39,804 nt of DNA. It comes from Prasinococcaceae sp. CCMP 1430 (taxonomy: Eukaryota > Plantae > Prasinodermophyta). Positions 38,645 through 39,804 of this stretch are shown in pieces. A program made the position numbers and the translations under genes. The number at the start of each line of letters is the position of its first letter. Position 1 is the stretch's first letter. The notes under the pieces are model-generated. The model was not told where the DNA came from. It was given only the letters and a program-made list of their open reading frames with translations, and searched no databases. The stretch is from assembly GCA_013416795.1 (NCBI GenBank), contig RQSC01000029.1:79420-119223 (forward strand). Reading direction: 5' to 3'.

Positions 38645-39804
38645 CTGCGGAGCACATTGGGCGAACGCGTTCATGCCCAGAGTGGGCGCAGCCGCGCGGA
38701 CCGGGCCCCCGGGGTGCGCGCGCGCTGTGCCGCCGCCGCCGCACCACGGCAATGCCTCGTGCTGCGCACCGTGATGGCACGATGCAAACAAACATTTTGT
38801 TGCTGAGGAAAAAATTGTGCTTCCACTTCCAGTGCAAAGCCGGGGAACGCGGCGAGCCTGCGGTATTGACTTTGCTCTACATGACTACACCGTGGGTGGG
38901 TCAATGTGATTGTCATTCAGGTGGAATATGACACCAATTTGGACACATCAGCAGGCGTCGGCGCGGCAGCCGCCAGAGCGGCGAAGCCCTGTGGCAGCGT
39001 CGTGTGCGTGTGCGTCGTGTGTGCGGGCGAGAGAGGCGGAGGTGACGTGCCAGAGGGCGCGCGGTGCGCGGCCTCCCGGCGTTTGCTTCGGGGGGGAGGC
39101 GGTCTCGTGCGGGAGAGCAGATGGTGCGGGCGTGAGGGCCAGCCGACGATGGCGATGGCGATGGCCGCGCGCGTGGTGGCGGCCGCCGCGGGCAGCGCGC
39201 GCGGCGCGCGCCGTGTGGTGGTGCGGGCGGCGGGTGTTGCATTCCTCGTCAACGACCCGTTTGTGTGGTGCTGCCGCGCGGCGCGGGCGCAAAAAAGGGA
39301 GAATTGAATCAACGGCACGCACGCAGAAAACAAAAAGGGGGAGGAAAACCGCAGAGCGCATTTTCGGCCGCGCGCGCACCGCGAAAAAAGGGCAGAAAAC
39401 ACGCAAAAAAAAGGCAAAAAACCAGCCTCACGCGGTCTTCCAGTGTAGTCACCCAACACAGTACTAACCGCGCCGAATCAGGCTTAACTAGCAGGGATCG
39501 GACGTGTCCTGGTGCTTTCCTGATCGTATGAAGGCTGGATGCTCGAGTCGCGAAAATTCTCGCATATATTATTAATATTCACAGGCGCTTCCGCGTTCCC
39601 CAGCATACTTGACATCGACGCCCCCTCAGCCCCCCCCCCTCTTCAGCGCGCACGCGGCGCCACGCTGGGGACACGCCTCCGCCACACCGCCCGCCCACGG
39701 GGGGGGCGGCGCTGGTGAGCGGAGCGCGAGGTCGAGTTCTGCGGCGCGGAGCATCGGGGCGCGCTCGCGCACGCGCTCCGGCGGCCGCAGCGCCGCGCTC
39801 GCCC

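Noticed and set aside
38914-38919. In-frame TGA immediately followed by ATG on the minus strand (possible second Sec or readthrough site)
   Set aside because: There is no recognisable selenoprotein context, and no SECIS-like element was seen downstream of the coiled-coil gene.

Overview
This is a very GC-rich, gene-dense eukaryotic nuclear window with about 20 genes or gene fragments and short GT-AG introns, mostly 83-137 nt with a strong GCTGAC branch point. The gene set (plant-type tepsin/MTV1, PES acyltransferase, GAE, LIP1 and IPMS, plus a selenoprotein) fits an early-diverging green alga; this is an inference. Recognisable genes in order are: STK11IP/LIP1-like LRR protein, Rab8/RabE, GRAM-VASt sterol-transfer protein, UDP-glucuronate 4-epimerase, TM9/EMP70, tepsin, SMC4, 2-isopropylmalate synthase, a GT15-like mannosyltransferase, ribokinase, PES/ELT acyltransferase, glutathione peroxidase, MetAP1, ATG18/BCAS3-like protein and an RsmH C-terminal fragment. 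There are also several orphans. Main highlights: (1) a GPX split by an in-frame TGA at the catalytic position, with a canonical SECIS in its 3' UTR (selenocysteine recoding) and a possible myristoylation/dual-targeting N-terminus; (2) a recurrent, consistently oriented 16-bp upstream motif GTGCGYTTTGACCTCG in four promoter regions; (3) a GT15-like enzyme fused to an internally duplicated helical domain of unknown function; (4) a MAP1A-type MetAP whose zinc finger is replaced by an unrecognised domain. Single N bases appear to hide large assembly gaps and create false fusions. No mobile elements, tRNA, rRNA or CRISPR arrays were recognised. All homology calls are from motif recognition, not database searches.
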